Origin: Gnetum montanum
Taxonomy: Eukaryota > Plantae > Gnetophyta
Length of the DNA: 64,000 nt
Direction: 5' to 3'
Assembly: GCA_015680685.1 (NCBI GenBank)
Contig: MNCI01002976.1
Coordinates: 7,223 to 71,222 of the forward strand
Part shown: positions 1-13,189 of the stretch, in pieces
How positions within the stretch are numbered: position 1 is the stretch's first letter
Layout: each line of letters begins with the position of its first letter
Notes under the pieces: generated by a model
The model's database searches: none
What the model saw: only the letters and a program-made list of their open reading frames with translations
Told to the model about the DNA's origin: nothing
Translations under genes and position numbers: made by a program

Positions 1-2397
1 CTAGTTGTTTCTTGGTTCTACTTCCTCTATTTATTGTGATCTCTTGGTTTGTTTTATGTTACCTTCTCCTCTATATTTTCTATGAAAGTTGTAATTTTTT
101 CATATATCCACTCTAAAATCTTATCAAACATTCCTTCCAAGTCATTGATAGACTTCTATATTAGCAAGGTTCATTGTAGAATCACCTTATCAAGAGTGGC
201 ATCTTTCTCCTTACCATAGATATGGACCTACTTCTTTTGAAGGGTTGGGTCCTAGTGATATTTCTCAACATTCTCCCATTTGCAAATCTTTCTTTCTTCT
301 TTCGCCACATGCTCGATTAGCTCTTGGATCTAATAAGTTCGTAGCTCATATAATTGACCCAAGGCATAAATCCAAAGGGTCTCCCTTGTTTCATTATGAA
401 GCCCATCTATGATGTGGAAAAGTTGTCTTTCCTTAGAGAAACCATGGCCTGGGCATCTATTCAATAGAGAATAATATTTATCTAAGGCCATGTCCAAGGG
501 TTCTTGTTATTCTTGTCTCCATCCTTGGATCTGTCTCCTTAGGTTGGACACCCTCACATAGGTTTGGTATTTCTCATTGAAACGTTATAGCAATGTGGAC
601 CGCCATTGAATTGAGCTTGGTTTTAATTATCTATACCACACTTTGGCTCTATCGATTAGCATCCTAGGAAAGAGCTTAAGCTTTTTCTATGCACTTTTAA
701 TATTGTATGAGGCACAAGCATCATGGAAGGCTTGTATATGATGTTGTGGATTTGAATTGTAGCCTTCCACAAATTTAGGGATATTATTCATATCAAACCT
801 AGGTAGGTGACTTTTCCTACAATGCTTGTGGGGTATCTTAACTACCTTTGTGATCTGTATCAAGCTCTTAATGGCCAACAAGGGTTCATCATCATCAATC
901 ATGTTGTGGTAAAAATTTCTATTGCTATTCATTTGATTATGATGGTTTTTTCTATGTTCATTTTGACATCTTTGATTTTTCTTGTGGGTTTGATTTCTAT
1001 TTTTATTTTTACTTTGATACCAACAATGAGCTTGGTCTCTATATCTACATTCATCTTTGTCAAAACTAGATGTTGAAGAGGAAGAGGAAGATGAGGAACT
1101 GGGAGGATTGCCATGGCTTCTATGATGTTCCCTAGGGTTCCTTGATTTATCCTTTCTAGACTTCAAGAAGGTCTTAGGCCTTGATGCCTCCCTAGGTCTA
1201 GGACTTACTTCATCGCCTCTAGGATTATCTACCTTAGGTGAATGTAGTCCTTGAGTGTCATCATGGTGGTCATGAACATATGAAACCCCTGCATGAAGTT
1301 GGTCACACTAATTTTCTTCATCATATATCTCATTAATTCTGTAATGAATGCTTTCACTATACAATGCATTATTTCCTCCTTGTGAGAGAGAAATTGTTGT
1401 TGGTTAATGATGTGTGTGATTTAATATTTTTTGAAACATATATCATTAATGCATTTACAACAATCTTGTATAATATAACTAATCTAGATAATTAGCACCA
1501 TCCCCAACAATGGAACTAATGATGAGTAGCGAGGTACCCCTATGCCCAACCATGTGAATTACAAGCATTCACACATGATCTGATTGAATTTTGTGGATGG
1601 GACTAGTTATGCATTTAAATTGTTATGCCTTGATCGCAATTTGCTATCTTCCCACTTGGACTAGTTGTAGATTTGTCACGTATATTTTAGTCCTGAGGCA
1701 TATGATTGATGTTAACTAGCCCTAAGCTACTCCTAATGATAATAAAGAGATTAATTAATTAAGCTAATTAACAGTGAAAAGTAAAATCTAAACTAGCCTA
1801 TGTGCAATGAGTATCCATTCCTAATAATTGGCACACACCTTGGACTTCATTTAACTACTACTTGGATTACCAAGTGTACATCACTAGGCTTACCAAACGA
1901 TACACAACTGGGTTATCAAGTAATTACACTTAAGCACTCATGATTAGTAGTACTCATTCCACTTAATGACGAGAATCATAAAGAGAAATAAATGGAAACA
2001 TTAACTAAGGAAAATGGTAAATGATTAAATAATTGAAAGCAATAATAAATCTACGTGGATGATGTAATGATGAAAGTAATCTTAATCTTTATTTCTGGTC
2101 ATGTAACGCATCCAAGTACGTCACACTCAAATAAGGATGTCATATAATCACTTAACATCACATTGTGAGCATGCACTGGAATAATAGAACTAAAAATCAA
2201 AAATCTATGAAAAAAGCTATCTAAAATGTATCAACCATCTCCCAATTGTGCACCCTAGTGTGGTAATTATAGGTTAGCATAGAAGGGGCGATATCAAATA
2301 TCTAACATCATTTCTTGGGACCTAACATCACATATCCAATATCTAGGCTCCGATATTCAATATTTGATATTAGAGCTAACAAAACCATGACTCATTA
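1..2397 (-). mobile_element. Athila-type Ty3/gypsy LTR retrotransposon, 5' part (5' LTR, PBS, decayed gag); continues left of window
   Basis: LTR 1520-2397 with TGATGAGT...ACTCAT(T)A ends. Minus-strand PBS TAGTTCCATTGTTGGGGA (1501-1518) is a decayed TGGCGCCGTTGCCGGGGA (tRNA-Asp). The gag remnant (ORF 687-1166, then KLKLFP...WY) is colinear with gag at 61900-62530. Confidence 0.85.
1520..2397 (-). repeat. 5' LTR (~878 bp) of Athila-type element
   Basis: Homologous to LTRs at 2626-3520, 56927-57892 and 63138 onward. Degenerate GATATC array at 2289-2372. Adjacent PBS. Confidence 0.85.
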
Positions 2398-5300
2398 GAC
2401 TTCAAAATAATTTTCCTACTAGATCCTATGAAAATATTAGCATTTATATGAAAAAGCTCATACTTTTGAAAGAATAAAGAATCAATACCAAAGAGAAAAA
2501 TGCTAATAGGAAAATGATTTGACAAAGTAGCATCTGTATGCACTTCTAGTTTTCTTATAAGCTTCTAAAAAAACATTAGAGATGTAAAATCCATCAAGTT
2601 AACAACAAATTCTGTCATTTCCTTATGATGAATCATGATTCATCTGGTTGCAATATCAGACCCACGATATCGAATACACGATATCGGGTATGCGATATTG
2701 CACCCAACAACGATATCGGATATGCAATATCATGGTTTCTATGTGGGCCTATAAATACACATGTAGGCACATGGGAAGCGAGTCTTTTTGGTTAGAGTAG
2801 TGAGTCAGTTTAGTGTAGGATCTTTTTGTCAGTTTTTCCTCTCAACCCTTTCTTTGAGTGCATGTCTGCAGTGTGATGATTGTAATTGTATGACATCCTT
2901 TATTCAAGTGTGACATACTTGGATATGCACATGACTAGCAATAAAGATCGACATTACTTCATCATTGCAGCATTGACTTAGTTTAATTATTTATTTGTTA
3001 TTGTTATTTATTTCTTTCATAGTTAACATCTGTCCACCCTAAACTCCTTAAACGCGGAATGAGTACAACTTAATCACAAGCATTCAAGTGTGACTACTTG
3101 GTAACCCAATAGCATTCCTAGGATCTATGCTTGGTAATCCCAGTAGTAGTCATGCATGAGGTCCCAGATGTGTACAGATGATTAAGGAACATATGCTCAT
3201 CGTACTTAGGCTAGCTTAGACTCCCTCTCCCTATCTCCTCTTAATATAGCTCTCTCTCTCTCCCTTTTCCTCCTAGCTAGTTAAAGTTATTTTCCATTGC
3301 CTTCAAGAGTAGCATTAGTTTAGGAACACATCATACACCTCACTTTGGACTAAACCATACATGACAAAGCAATTACTAGTCCAGTTGGGAAGACAGTGAA
3401 CTGCAATCAACGAGTAACTATCTAGATACTACAACTAGCCCGTCTGCGGAGTTTGACCGAATCGTGTGTGAAACACTCGTATTCATATGGTTGAGTGTAG
3501 GGGTACCTCGCCACTCATCACCTTATTAATAATTTGACCAAGTATAATGTTTCTCATTGAACTAAAATAAGAATAAAAAGCTAACATAAAATATTTTTCT
3601 TTGAAATTGCATCCATCTTCTTTTTCTTGAGAAGATATATTAGGAGAAAGACTAGATTATCTAAATGACTTTCAACCACATTAAAATCACCTCCTATAAT
3701 CTAAGGAACTTTAGGTAGAGATATTTCCAAACCTCTAATTGATCTTTCAAATTATTAGGAGCATAAATGTTACAAAGTCCAAAGTTACCTTATTCACTAT
3801 GACAAATAATTCAAATAACTTTTCTAAGATTATCAAAGTTAGAATTCAAAACTTTACAAGTCTAGTTTTTATTAACAAGAATAGTAATACCTCCTTTATT
3901 AACTTCATGAGTAGCATAAAAAACAATGCAATTTGTCAAAATGCATTTACCAAGAAAACTAATATCATGAACTAAAATCTTAATTTCATGTAGGAAAAGA
4001 AAATTTGAAGACAAAAGCCAATTTGAAAGAAACTCCTTGGCAATCTTTGCTTATGACCTATTAGAAAGATCCCAGATATTGCATGATAGAACTAACATTA
4101 AGATGTGGAGAGGAGGCCCCCATGTTTGATTTTTCAAGCTTAGCATTTGTCTTACAATCTATGTCACCAATAAGTGAAAAAGCATTATCCAATAAGAAAC
4201 CCATTGGGAATAGTACTGGAAGTAGAAAAAGAATGAGATATCTTTAGGGTTTTTAAATTGAAATAAATAGTTGTAGGCCTCTTATTTTTATGTGTCACTA
4301 AGTGAAATCCACTGAATTAGTATTTTCATTGTTGATCCCTATTGAACATTTTTTTAAAAGAGGAATTCTCTTTAGATATCAAAAGTTTACTAGCACCTTT
4401 AGAATTAAAAGTATTAGTAAAAGGTTGAGAACTTTTTGAAGAAGATTTTATTTGTGCTTGATAAAAACTATTATTATTTGCCTTTTTTGAAAATTGTTGT
4501 TTATTTTCCTTAGAAACCACTTTTTTATTAAGAATAGGACAGATTCCAATAACATGGTCTTTTTTATGATAATAGTTGCAATGTCTAAGAAAATTATAAT
4601 ATGTAATTTTTTGAGAAAAATACTAATTACCTACCTTGAGTTTTAATTTTATCTTCTTCTATCGTAAATTAATATTTACAAACTAATGTGTGTATTGCAT
4701 ACCATTTAGTAATGTTTTTGACTCTGTCTTTAAGAGTGTGCCAATGCTGCCGCTAATTTCTCTTTCAACACTTTGAAAAATAAGAGGAAGATTTTTTAAT
4801 TCAATCTAACATGAAATTTTAGAATACTTAGAAGAATATGGATCAAAATCCACCCTCCATTCTTAAGTAATAAAAGTATTATGTTGATCCATAAAAACTT
4901 TATGATCCAATGATTTTTCAACCATTTTAGAATTCACTAGTTTGACAAGCAAAAAAGATTCAAAAAAAATAGGAGGCATGCAAAATATTAATTTTATAAC
5001 ATTCAAGGATAGCCTAAATTGTGTGTAAAACCCTTATTCAGGTAAACAAATCCAATAATCTCTAGAAATATGTATTGTGAAGTGATATCTTTTGATAGAG
5101 ATTCATATAAATCATCACTTAAAACAAAATTTAAAACATTAGAATTCTTCATAGTCTCTATGGTTTGAGAGACATTTCTAATCATTCATCACAAAACTTT
5201 ACTAGAAACCCTATATTAAGATAGAAAGACTCTTGTACCACAGTGAGTAAAGGACTAAATAAAGTTATAAGGATTAATCAGATACATACCAAAGGTTCCT

Positions 5301-5630
5301 TTTCATCACTTAATTACAAAAGTGATTACATATTACCTTGACTGTAACACTTCATCATTTAAAGAAATCAAAATAATGATGGATGAATAATTATCTTAAT
5401 AATACTTTTCACATTAAAAGTAGTTTATTATTTACTATGAGCCACCTCTTTGACAACATCAACTTGAGAAATTGAAGATTCTTAAATAAGCAACCATTTA
5501 GAAGAAGACAAAATAGAAGCTCCCATAGCAAACTAGGATTGAGTAGTTGAAATCTAAAGAAAAAGTTTCTTAGACTACATGGATCTACGTAAAGGACTTT
5601 TTGAACATATATAACAATGTAACACATGAA
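2398..5630 (-). mobile_element. Degenerate L1-type LINE (ORF1 plus ORF2 endonuclease), interrupted by LTR insertions; 5' end approximate
   Basis: Minus-strand translation gives an ORF1 zinc-knuckle-like HCNYYHKKDHVIGICP (~4545-4590) and IELKNLPL (~4790). ORF2 EEP motifs: SCNIWDL (~4075), NIYAPN (~3765), IGGDFN (~3690), YTWSN (~3545), then LDGFYIS and LSNHFPI at 2500-2600. Confidence 0.85.
2626..3520 (+). mobile_element. Solo LTR (895 bp) of the Athila-type family
   Basis: TGATGAAT...ACTCATCA ends with a perfect 5-bp TSD CCTTA (2621-2625, 3521-3525). GATATC array at 2650-2733 and TATAAATA at ~2750. Reverse complement aligns with LTR 56927-57892. Confidence 0.92.
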
Positions 5631-7570
5631 TTAATCTAAGCGTTTAAGGATTGTTTAATTTGATTTTGTTATAATGTTCCATGCGTCCAAGATTTGATTT
5701 AAGGCATTTTAAGCCACAATGATGTAAGGAAACCTTGTGCGTGTTTATATAAAGAAAAGTTTCACTCTCAATCGTAGCCAAAGTTTGAGCTCTTTCGACT
5801 TTAAATACCAAATTGTTGGAAGAAATCCAAGTTATTATCACTGGATTTGAAGAATTATTTTCCCACGTTGAATTTCAGGACGGTTAGTGTAAAGCTTAAC
5901 AGGGAAAGGTAAAGGACGGTGAAGCTGTTGTTGGTCTTGCCATACATGAAATGGAGGGAGGTAGAAGACAAACACCACAATTTTTCAAAATGTGAAAACC
6001 TTATCTATATTTAAACTAGCCAATTTTGAGTGGACTGCTGACGTCATATGACACCAGAAATATTTTCTTAAATCTGCCATACTTATCTACAGACTGCAGG
6101 CTACAGTCCCCATTACCTCAATCAATGAAGCGTGTTTCATATTCAACATGATCTCAAAAAGGATTTTGAAAGTAACGTATCGGAGTCCAGCTTAGGCAAC
6201 ATGCACAAAAAGGCAAAAACACCACAATCTTGACAGGAAGGCAAAGAGGAATATGTGCTCTGTAACCAAGGGTTCGTGCACAAACCGAAGTTTCCACAAT
6301 GATTATTCAAAGCATGAAAATCATCCAATGCGGTTAGGTAGTAAGACAAATTGATTCTCAGCAATAATGAGTGTCACTCAAACCATGACCCACAATCCCA
6401 ATGCAAGGAATATCAAAACCCCATTATTGGATAATCATGTTGCTTTGTGTTTTTGGCTGTTGCATTGCTTTGCTTTGCAGCTATTTAATTGTAATACATG
6501 AGAGACAAATTCAGGGTAAAGCATAAGTTGGGGGCAGTTGAAGAACATGAAAGGATCACTTTTTGATGACTAGATCAAAGCAAAAGCATTGGCCAATGAC
6601 CATCATGTTTTCTTTATCCTTGAAATGAATGATTTTGATAATTCTTGCCTTCAACTCATTTGGCTGTTGGATGCGCCTTCGTTTTTGACATTCATTTCCC
6701 CCAGGCTGCAATTTTCAAACTCTGCAGAATGACTTGCACACAACTGAATGAAATCTGATGATAGATGTGGACATTTCGTAAAGATGATAACCACCATAAT
6801 TGGTTCTTACGTGGACAAGGAATTTCAGAAAAAAGAAATCTTCTTATCCGTGTCAAACAATATAGCTACCAAGTTTTGTTTATTTATACATGTATATGTT
6901 AAATAATTTAACACATTCTAGACAGTTCAGGAAGATTAGGACCTGTATGTCAATTTTTTTAGAAAAAGAAATTACGGACAATTTCTTGCTTGGGTGAAAA
7001 AAAATTGGAAGTTAGGTAATTGAAGTGATTCTAATTACTCTCCAAGCAATCAAGATACCTCATGATTGTTAAAATACAATACATGGGTTATTATTATTTT
7101 TCCTGGATGCTATAAAGTTATATTTATAATCATTCTTGAACAGAAATGTGGGCAAACTACAAAATTTGGGAGAGCAGTCTAGATGACCTACCCTTGCCTG
7201 CTTAACGGTTTGAAAACAGTTATGTATCCTATAATATCGTACAAATTCTGTACAAATATCGGACAAGTGTAGGACAAGAATACAAACGAAGGAACAATAT
7301 TTCTTTAGCCGTGTAAGGTATGAATAACTTCTGTTGCCCTAACAAGACAACCGACACCCATCTCTCAAGAAACCTGCTCCCTTGTATTCTCAAAAAGTTT
7401 TGACAACTTCACATCCAAAAGTTTCATAACGTGGAGATCTAAGTTCGGATAATCCAAAACAGCCCACCAGCGTCTTAATCAACTTTCTAATAGCGTGCTA
7501 ATTTCCTGAAGCCCAAATGCATGCGTAGTGGCACTATTCATGACCTTTAATGCCGTAGTAATTTGCACGC

Positions 7571-7626
7571 TGATTTCATTTGCTTTATCTTGCTTGTATG
7601 ATTTCATTTACTTTATCTTGCTTGTA
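7571..7626. repeat. 28-bp tandem duplication in the aspartic protease promoter
   Basis: TGATTTCATTTGCTTTATCTTGCTTGTA followed by TGATTTCATTTACTTTATCTTGCTTGTA (1 mismatch). Confidence 0.95.
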
Positions 7627-7674
7627 TTAAATTACAAGCAAGATTCTTCCATTCTTCTTCAAATATCCACACCC

Positions 7675-7681
7675 ATATAAG
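7675..7681 (+). promoter_or_regulatory. Candidate TATA box
   Basis: CATATAAGC about 30 bp upstream of the first ATG and about 60 bp upstream of Met11. Confidence 0.5.
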
Positions 7682-7708
7682 CAGGGAGCCAGAGCGAGGC
7701 AGAGAAAA

Positions 7709-9157
7709 ATGTCCAGAAGCCATAGAGCTCAAATCATCATGAAGGCTGCTACTTGCTGCTGTGTCTTTCTGTATTTTGTGGCCTCATTCTTCTGGGTCTC
7801 AGAAGCCAGAGCAACCAAAGGAACTGAGATTCAAAGGGGATTCAGAGCAGAACTAGTGCATCTTGATTCACCACAGTCTCCATTCAATCAAGATAATAAG
7901 ACTGCTGCTGCTGCTGCTCAATGGCTGCAGAGAGCTGTGACAAGGAGCAAATACAGAGTGAGAAGTGTGTCCCGGTCCCTCTCCCACCACAGAAAAAGCA
8001 GAAGCAGCACAAAAGCAGCACAAGACGAAATTGAGGCCCCTGTTTACTTGGGCAAAGGGGAATACCTGATGAAGATGGGCATAGGCAGTCCAGCCCTGGA
8101 ATTCTATGCAATTCTTGACACAGGAAGTGACCTCACCTGGACACAGTGCCAACCATGTGAGGACTGTTATAGGCAGGCAACTCCAATCTATAACCCTGCA
8201 AGGTCCTCATCCTACTCCAAGGTGCCCTGCAGAAGCAGTCTGTGCAGCCACACTTCTTTGCCAGACTATAACTGCAAGGATGATGGGTGTGAGTATGAGT
8301 ACACCTATGGAGATTATTCTCTCACAGTGGGAATTCTGAGCTATGAGACCTTTTCCTTTGGGCCAAGGTACTCAGTCCCCCTTCTGGCCTTTGGCTGTGG
8401 CAGAACCAATGAGGGCAATGGCTTCAAGCAGGCAGCAGGGATTGTAGGTCTTGGCAGAGGCCCCCTGTCACTGATTACCCAACTCTCATCCCCATCTCAA
8501 TCCCCAAGATCAAAAGCTATTTCAAGAACAGCCATACCCAACAAATTTTCTTACTGCCTGGTTTCCATTCAGTCCTCACCCACAAAGCAGAGTCCCTTGT
8601 TCCTAGGAGAGTTTGCAAGGCTGAACAGCAAGTTCAAGGCCAGCTCCACACCTTTGATTACAAACCCAAAAGAGTCAACTTTCTACTTTGTGGCTCTGGA
8701 GGGCATCAGCATAGGGTCCACTTTGCTGAAAATCCCCAGAGGCACATTTGATATCCAGTCTGATGGCTCAGGAGGCATGATTGTGGATTCAGGGACAACA
8801 GTCACATATCTTGAGCAGGCAGGCTATGATGCAGTAAGGGAGCATCTGAGTGGTCTTATTAGGTTGCCAACAGCAGATGGCTCTGCAACTGGCCTGGATT
8901 TGTGCTACAGGCCCCCTGCATCCAGGCCTCTGCCACTTTTTCCAAACATGGTTTTTCATTTCAAAGGGGCAGACTTTGTGATGGGCACAAGCAATTACAT
9001 GGTCAAGGACACCACCACTGGACTTCTGTGCTTGGGCATGCTTCCAAACACAGGCATGTCAATTCTGGGTAATGTCCAGCAGCAGAATTTTCACATTCTC
9101 TATGATGTTGAGAACAGTCTCTTCTCCTTTCAGCATGCAGCCTGTGATTCCTTGTGA
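7709..9157 (+). CDS. Secreted A1-family atypical aspartic protease (nepenthesin-1/CDR1-like; TAXi_N + TAXi_C), intronless, intact
   Basis: 482-aa ORF with a hydrophobic signal peptide, propeptide GFRAELVHLDSPQSPF, GEYLMKMGIG, catalytic DTGSDLTWTQC and DSGT, a Cys-rich nepenthesin-type insert, FGCG, GIVGLGRG, FSYCL and SILGNVQQQNFHILYD. Confidence 0.97.
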   Translation: MSRSHRAQIIMKAATCCCVFLYFVASFFWVSEARATKGTEIQRGFRAELVHLDSPQSPFNQDNKTAAAAAQWLQRAVTRSKYRVRSVSRSLSHHRKSRSSTKAAQDEIEAPVYLGKGEYLMKMGIGSPALEFYAILDTGSDLTWTQCQPCEDCYRQATPIYNPARSSSYSKVPCRSSLCSHTSLPDYNCKDDGCEYEYTYGDYSLTVGILSYETFSFGPRYSVPLLAFGCGRTNEGNGFKQAAGIVGLGRGPLSLITQLSSPSQSPRSKAISRTAIPNKFSYCLVSIQSSPTKQSPLFLGEFARLNSKFKASSTPLITNPKESTFYFVALEGISIGSTLLKIPRGTFDIQSDGSGGMIVDSGTTVTYLEQAGYDAVREHLSGLIRLPTADGSATGLDLCYRPPASRPLPLFPNMVFHFKGADFVMGTSNYMVKDTTTGLLCLGMLPNTGMSILGNVQQQNFHILYDVENSLFSFQHAACDSL

Positions 9158-9765
9158 AGAAAAAAAAGGTTCAGGAAGGATTAGCCTCATCATCATATAT
9201 GTATGGCTCTGTACATTCCTTCCTCTTGGATTTTCTGTGCCACTGTCTACCTATTGATTCCCTTAACTCGTCTTCTCCTCTCTCATCTCTGTGACCGTAA
9301 ACAAGACTGATTTCCTGCTGGGGTGTGGCCGAGTTTCAGCTCTGTGGCCTCGGGGACATCGTGTGTGGGATGTTGTTGTCAACATTTACGTGTTGGCCGA
9401 CAGGGCATTCAGTCAGGTTAACTGCTGCTTTGACATTTGGGGTATTTTGTACAAAGTCCTCGGACTTGGATTGAACGTTTGCAGAATTGCAACTGTTTCT
9501 AAGCTAATTCACATAAAAATAATTTAGTATTGTTCTCCTTCAAAGAGGACTAAGCAAAGCATCTGATTGTATAGATTAGCATACAGAAAGAGCACAGAAC
9601 CGAAGGAATAGAACAATAGAGATCCTTAAGTTTTTGAAATACAGTATGTCCATCGCAGTTTTCGATTTTTTATTCCCAATCCAGAGCTACCTTGGTTTTC
9701 AGTTGCTTCAGCAGACAGACAAATTGTGATTTCAAATTTGGATTGGATACCTGAATTGGGTATAA

Positions 9766-12700
9766 CGTAACAACCTATTAACCAGGTTTAGGTTACTATG
9801 GTATTACTAACAAAAATAAATTGCAATTTATAGAAATTTAAGGATGCGAAAAAAAAAATATGACCAGCAAAGCATTAAGTGCTTATAAAAACAAACATAG
9901 AGATCTACAAAAAGTATAAACAATTTAAATATAAAATTACATTGCCATGCCAATTCAATGCCCTAATACTAAGGTAAAAATACACCTTAACTATAATACA
10001 ATAACAATGGAATAAATATGATTAAATATCCATATCGAATCAAGGCATTAGGCTCATATCATTAAAAACTATTAACCAATTTATTAATTACCAAACCGAT
10101 GTGGGCTTCTGCATAAACAATGGAAAGAAATGTAAGGTCTACACCAAAGACAAGTAATTACAAAGTCCATACAATGTTGCCAATCAAAAGGCATTACATA
10201 GTATAAAATACCAATTAAACATTATAACTTAGAAAAAATACATGAAACTTCTAACTTAAACAAAAACCAAAAATCCATAAATTCTATTCTAAGCATAAGC
10301 TTCTCCATCTACTTTCTCATCATTAACACTTGTATCACTTGGGAGGGAAAAACAAAGGAGAAAGTTAGTGTTCACATTGAGTGGAGAAAATAAACTATAA
10401 GTACTCCCCTAAGAATTTTGGAACCAAGCACTAGCTAGTTGGAAAGTCATGCATAGGAATAAGTGCATCTAAAACATTAGCATCCAAGTAACCAAAACAC
10501 ACGGACATCCAATAATCAATCCAAACCATAAAAAATGCCTAATATCATATCATTAACAAATTCCACCATGACCCACATCCAAACCATGAAAGCTAGCACC
10601 ATGTTTCAATTTCCTCAAGCCAAAGTTGGAAAGTGTAATCATTATATATAAAAATATTTTTATCAAATGCTAAAGCCAAACCAAAATGTGCTTGTAGGAC
10701 CTGTTTAATGTTTCATAAGTCTGGTATCAAGGTTAGCTTGAGTTCTATTGTCTTGATTTCCATCATCACTAGGGTGAGAAGCCCAAACTCTTCTACTCAC
10801 TTCCCCCTCCTATGGCATTTTTTAAAGGAAAAAATGATATAAACTTTACTACTATAGATAGTTAAGAGTTGTAGCATGCCTTGGGTTCCTTTAAAATGAA
10901 CTAGCCATGCCCTTCATGCTAGCTCTATCAAACATCATCAAAACTACAAAATGTTAGTAATCAATTCATCATATCAAAATCAAACCCAAGGTGGTGGAAA
11001 AGCATAATCAAACCATATAGATAACACCAATGTTTAATGAACCCTAAGTCTCATATATTGTATTGTTTGATTTGTATGCCTACCTTACTACAATATCTAT
11101 CAATGAATGGTTTGCCTAGCTCAATAATAATATTTACCAAATGAATGATCTGCTTAATAAACAAAATATTAACCCAGAGGCATCCGAAGCAACCACAAAT
11201 TCTAAAAAGATAATCAATTATTACTTCCAATTTTTAGTTGTGTTAGGAAGTTCTAGAAACTATGCTTTTAACCATTTTGATAGTTTTTGGAATCCACTAC
11301 ATGTAGGATCACTTTACAAAAGTTGCATTTTTTATGCATTATCTCCTAATGTCATCCCTATGTGTTTAGACCTTCATTTTTACCTTATCATGAGGTCGCA
11401 ATGAACTAAACACACCATAAGGAGTACCTTGTGATGCACACTAACATGCTGAATCACTTTGCCTTCTATGTCATCATTGTTCAAAGTCATCTCATGCCTC
11501 TAAAATGCGAAAAACTATATAAAATCTTAGTTCTACATCTTAGAAATTCATCAAAGATAAAAAACAAAATAAAAATAGATCCAAATTGAGAAAAATTCAA
11601 GATGCAATCTCCAAATTCTGCTAAAATCAATATCAGAATCTTAGATTTCAGAAACATGCATTAACAAATTAGATCTAATAGAGAAAATCCCCAAAATATT
11701 TTGTTGAATAGTTGTTAAAAAAACCAAACAAAACAAAATCAAATTCACACATAATCAGTTATTCCAAAAATTCAAAAGATGAGCATTATAATAAACTACC
11801 TAATTTGACTAATAGTATGGTAGATTAAATACCATTGCATGCCAAAAATCTCCTAAGCAGGCTCAAAACCCTAAGCTAAGTCAAAGGTCAACAATTGGAT
11901 CCAAGCAAAACCTAAAATGAGATATGGAAGGAAAGCACTTGCAAAGGTCCTAATTGGCAATGAAGGCTTAAATGAGGTTGCTCTCCTATCCATTAAGATC
12001 TTTCTCTCTTGTTCTATCTCCTAGATGTTGACAATGTAATTGGATGATCTCTAATGAAAGGGTTACTAGGTATTTATACTCACAAGGGTATACAAGGGTT
12101 TCATAAATGGGTGATTCTAATGGAAGAAACTAAAAATAAAAAGATAATATAATTAACACATAATTTTCTAAAATTAAATAAATAATAATTTTAACATGGG
12201 TTTATAGGTTGTGTTAGCCTACTAGGGTACCCTTAGGTACTACCTAATAGCTATGTCTACTCTAAATGTTAACCAAGGTTCAAGGTCTAAGAATTCAAAT
12301 ATAATCAAGGTACTCTCCCAATCTACCATGCTAAAAATAAAGTACCAAATAAACTAACAAATATTTTATTAACTTTCAAACAACAATAAAGGCATGTCAA
12401 ACACACGACATAAAGCATACCACATACATGATGTAGAATCCCATGTTTCCATGATGAATCTAGTACTTGATACCTACTTACTAAAAACATCAATAAAGAG
12501 GTTAGTGCACATATGCTTAAAAAATATATTAATAAATATCAAACCTACTTACTAAAACAATTACCAAGCATATAGCTTATCAAACATATAATTATACATC
12601 ATAAACATGCCACACCAAACATAAGATACCAAACACAATGTATAGACTAGGCAAAAGAAAAAAAACACACACATTAAGGGTTTAAATCAAAGGACATAGT

Positions 12701-13189
12701 AACACAATGTTGTATCTGGGAACAGGGTGTAACACTTTTCACCTTTTAATAATATTCCTTCTAAAAGATCTTAGGTTGAGTGCTATATAAATCCTTTTCC
12801 ACTTCCCATGATACTTCTTGATCATCATGTATTTCCCAAATCATCTTAACCATAAGAATTACTTTGCTTCTCAACTTTCTTTCTATCATGTCCTTACTCT
12901 TAATAGGCTACTCCACATACTTGATGTTCAATTGAACTTGCACCTCTTGTCAATCTATCACATGACTAGCATTTGAAGTGAATTTTCTTAATATAGAAAC
13001 ATGAAACATGATTTGAATAAATTGCAACTACTATAGAAGGTCAATCTAGTATGTAACTTATACAATCTTGCTTAAAATCGGAAAGAGATGAATGTAGCAT
13101 GGTGCTAATTTTCTCTTCCTGTTGAATCTCATAACACCTTTTAATGGTGAAAGTTTAAGAAATATTTTAAATTTAATATTAAACTCTAA
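9766..13189 (-). mobile_element. Tekay-type chromovirus 3' end: integrase C-terminus + chromodomain (12760-13189), PPT, ~2.97-kb 3' LTR (9766-12734)
   Basis: Minus translation FLKLSPLKGVMRF.RKRKLAP ... FHVSILRK ... RKLRSKVILMVKMIW...EVSWEVE. Purine tract ATTAAAAGGTGAAAAG directly precedes TGTTACACCC. The far end reads GGTTGTTAC(G) at 9766. Confidence 0.8.

Noticed and set aside
807-1076. Hydrophobic 89-aa ORF (also 17842-18099, 22874-23116, 41338-41652, 42187-42504)
   Set aside because: Antisense of A-rich gag or T-rich noncoding DNA; the hydrophobicity is compositional.
1520-3520. Single foldback element with ~0.9-kb terminal inverted repeats
   Set aside because: The right arm has its own CCTTA TSD and the spacer is L1 coding sequence, so these are two independent LTR insertions.
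7868-8339. Short overlapping/antisense ORFs in the protease gene
   Set aside because: Shadow frames of the real CDS with no recognisable motifs.
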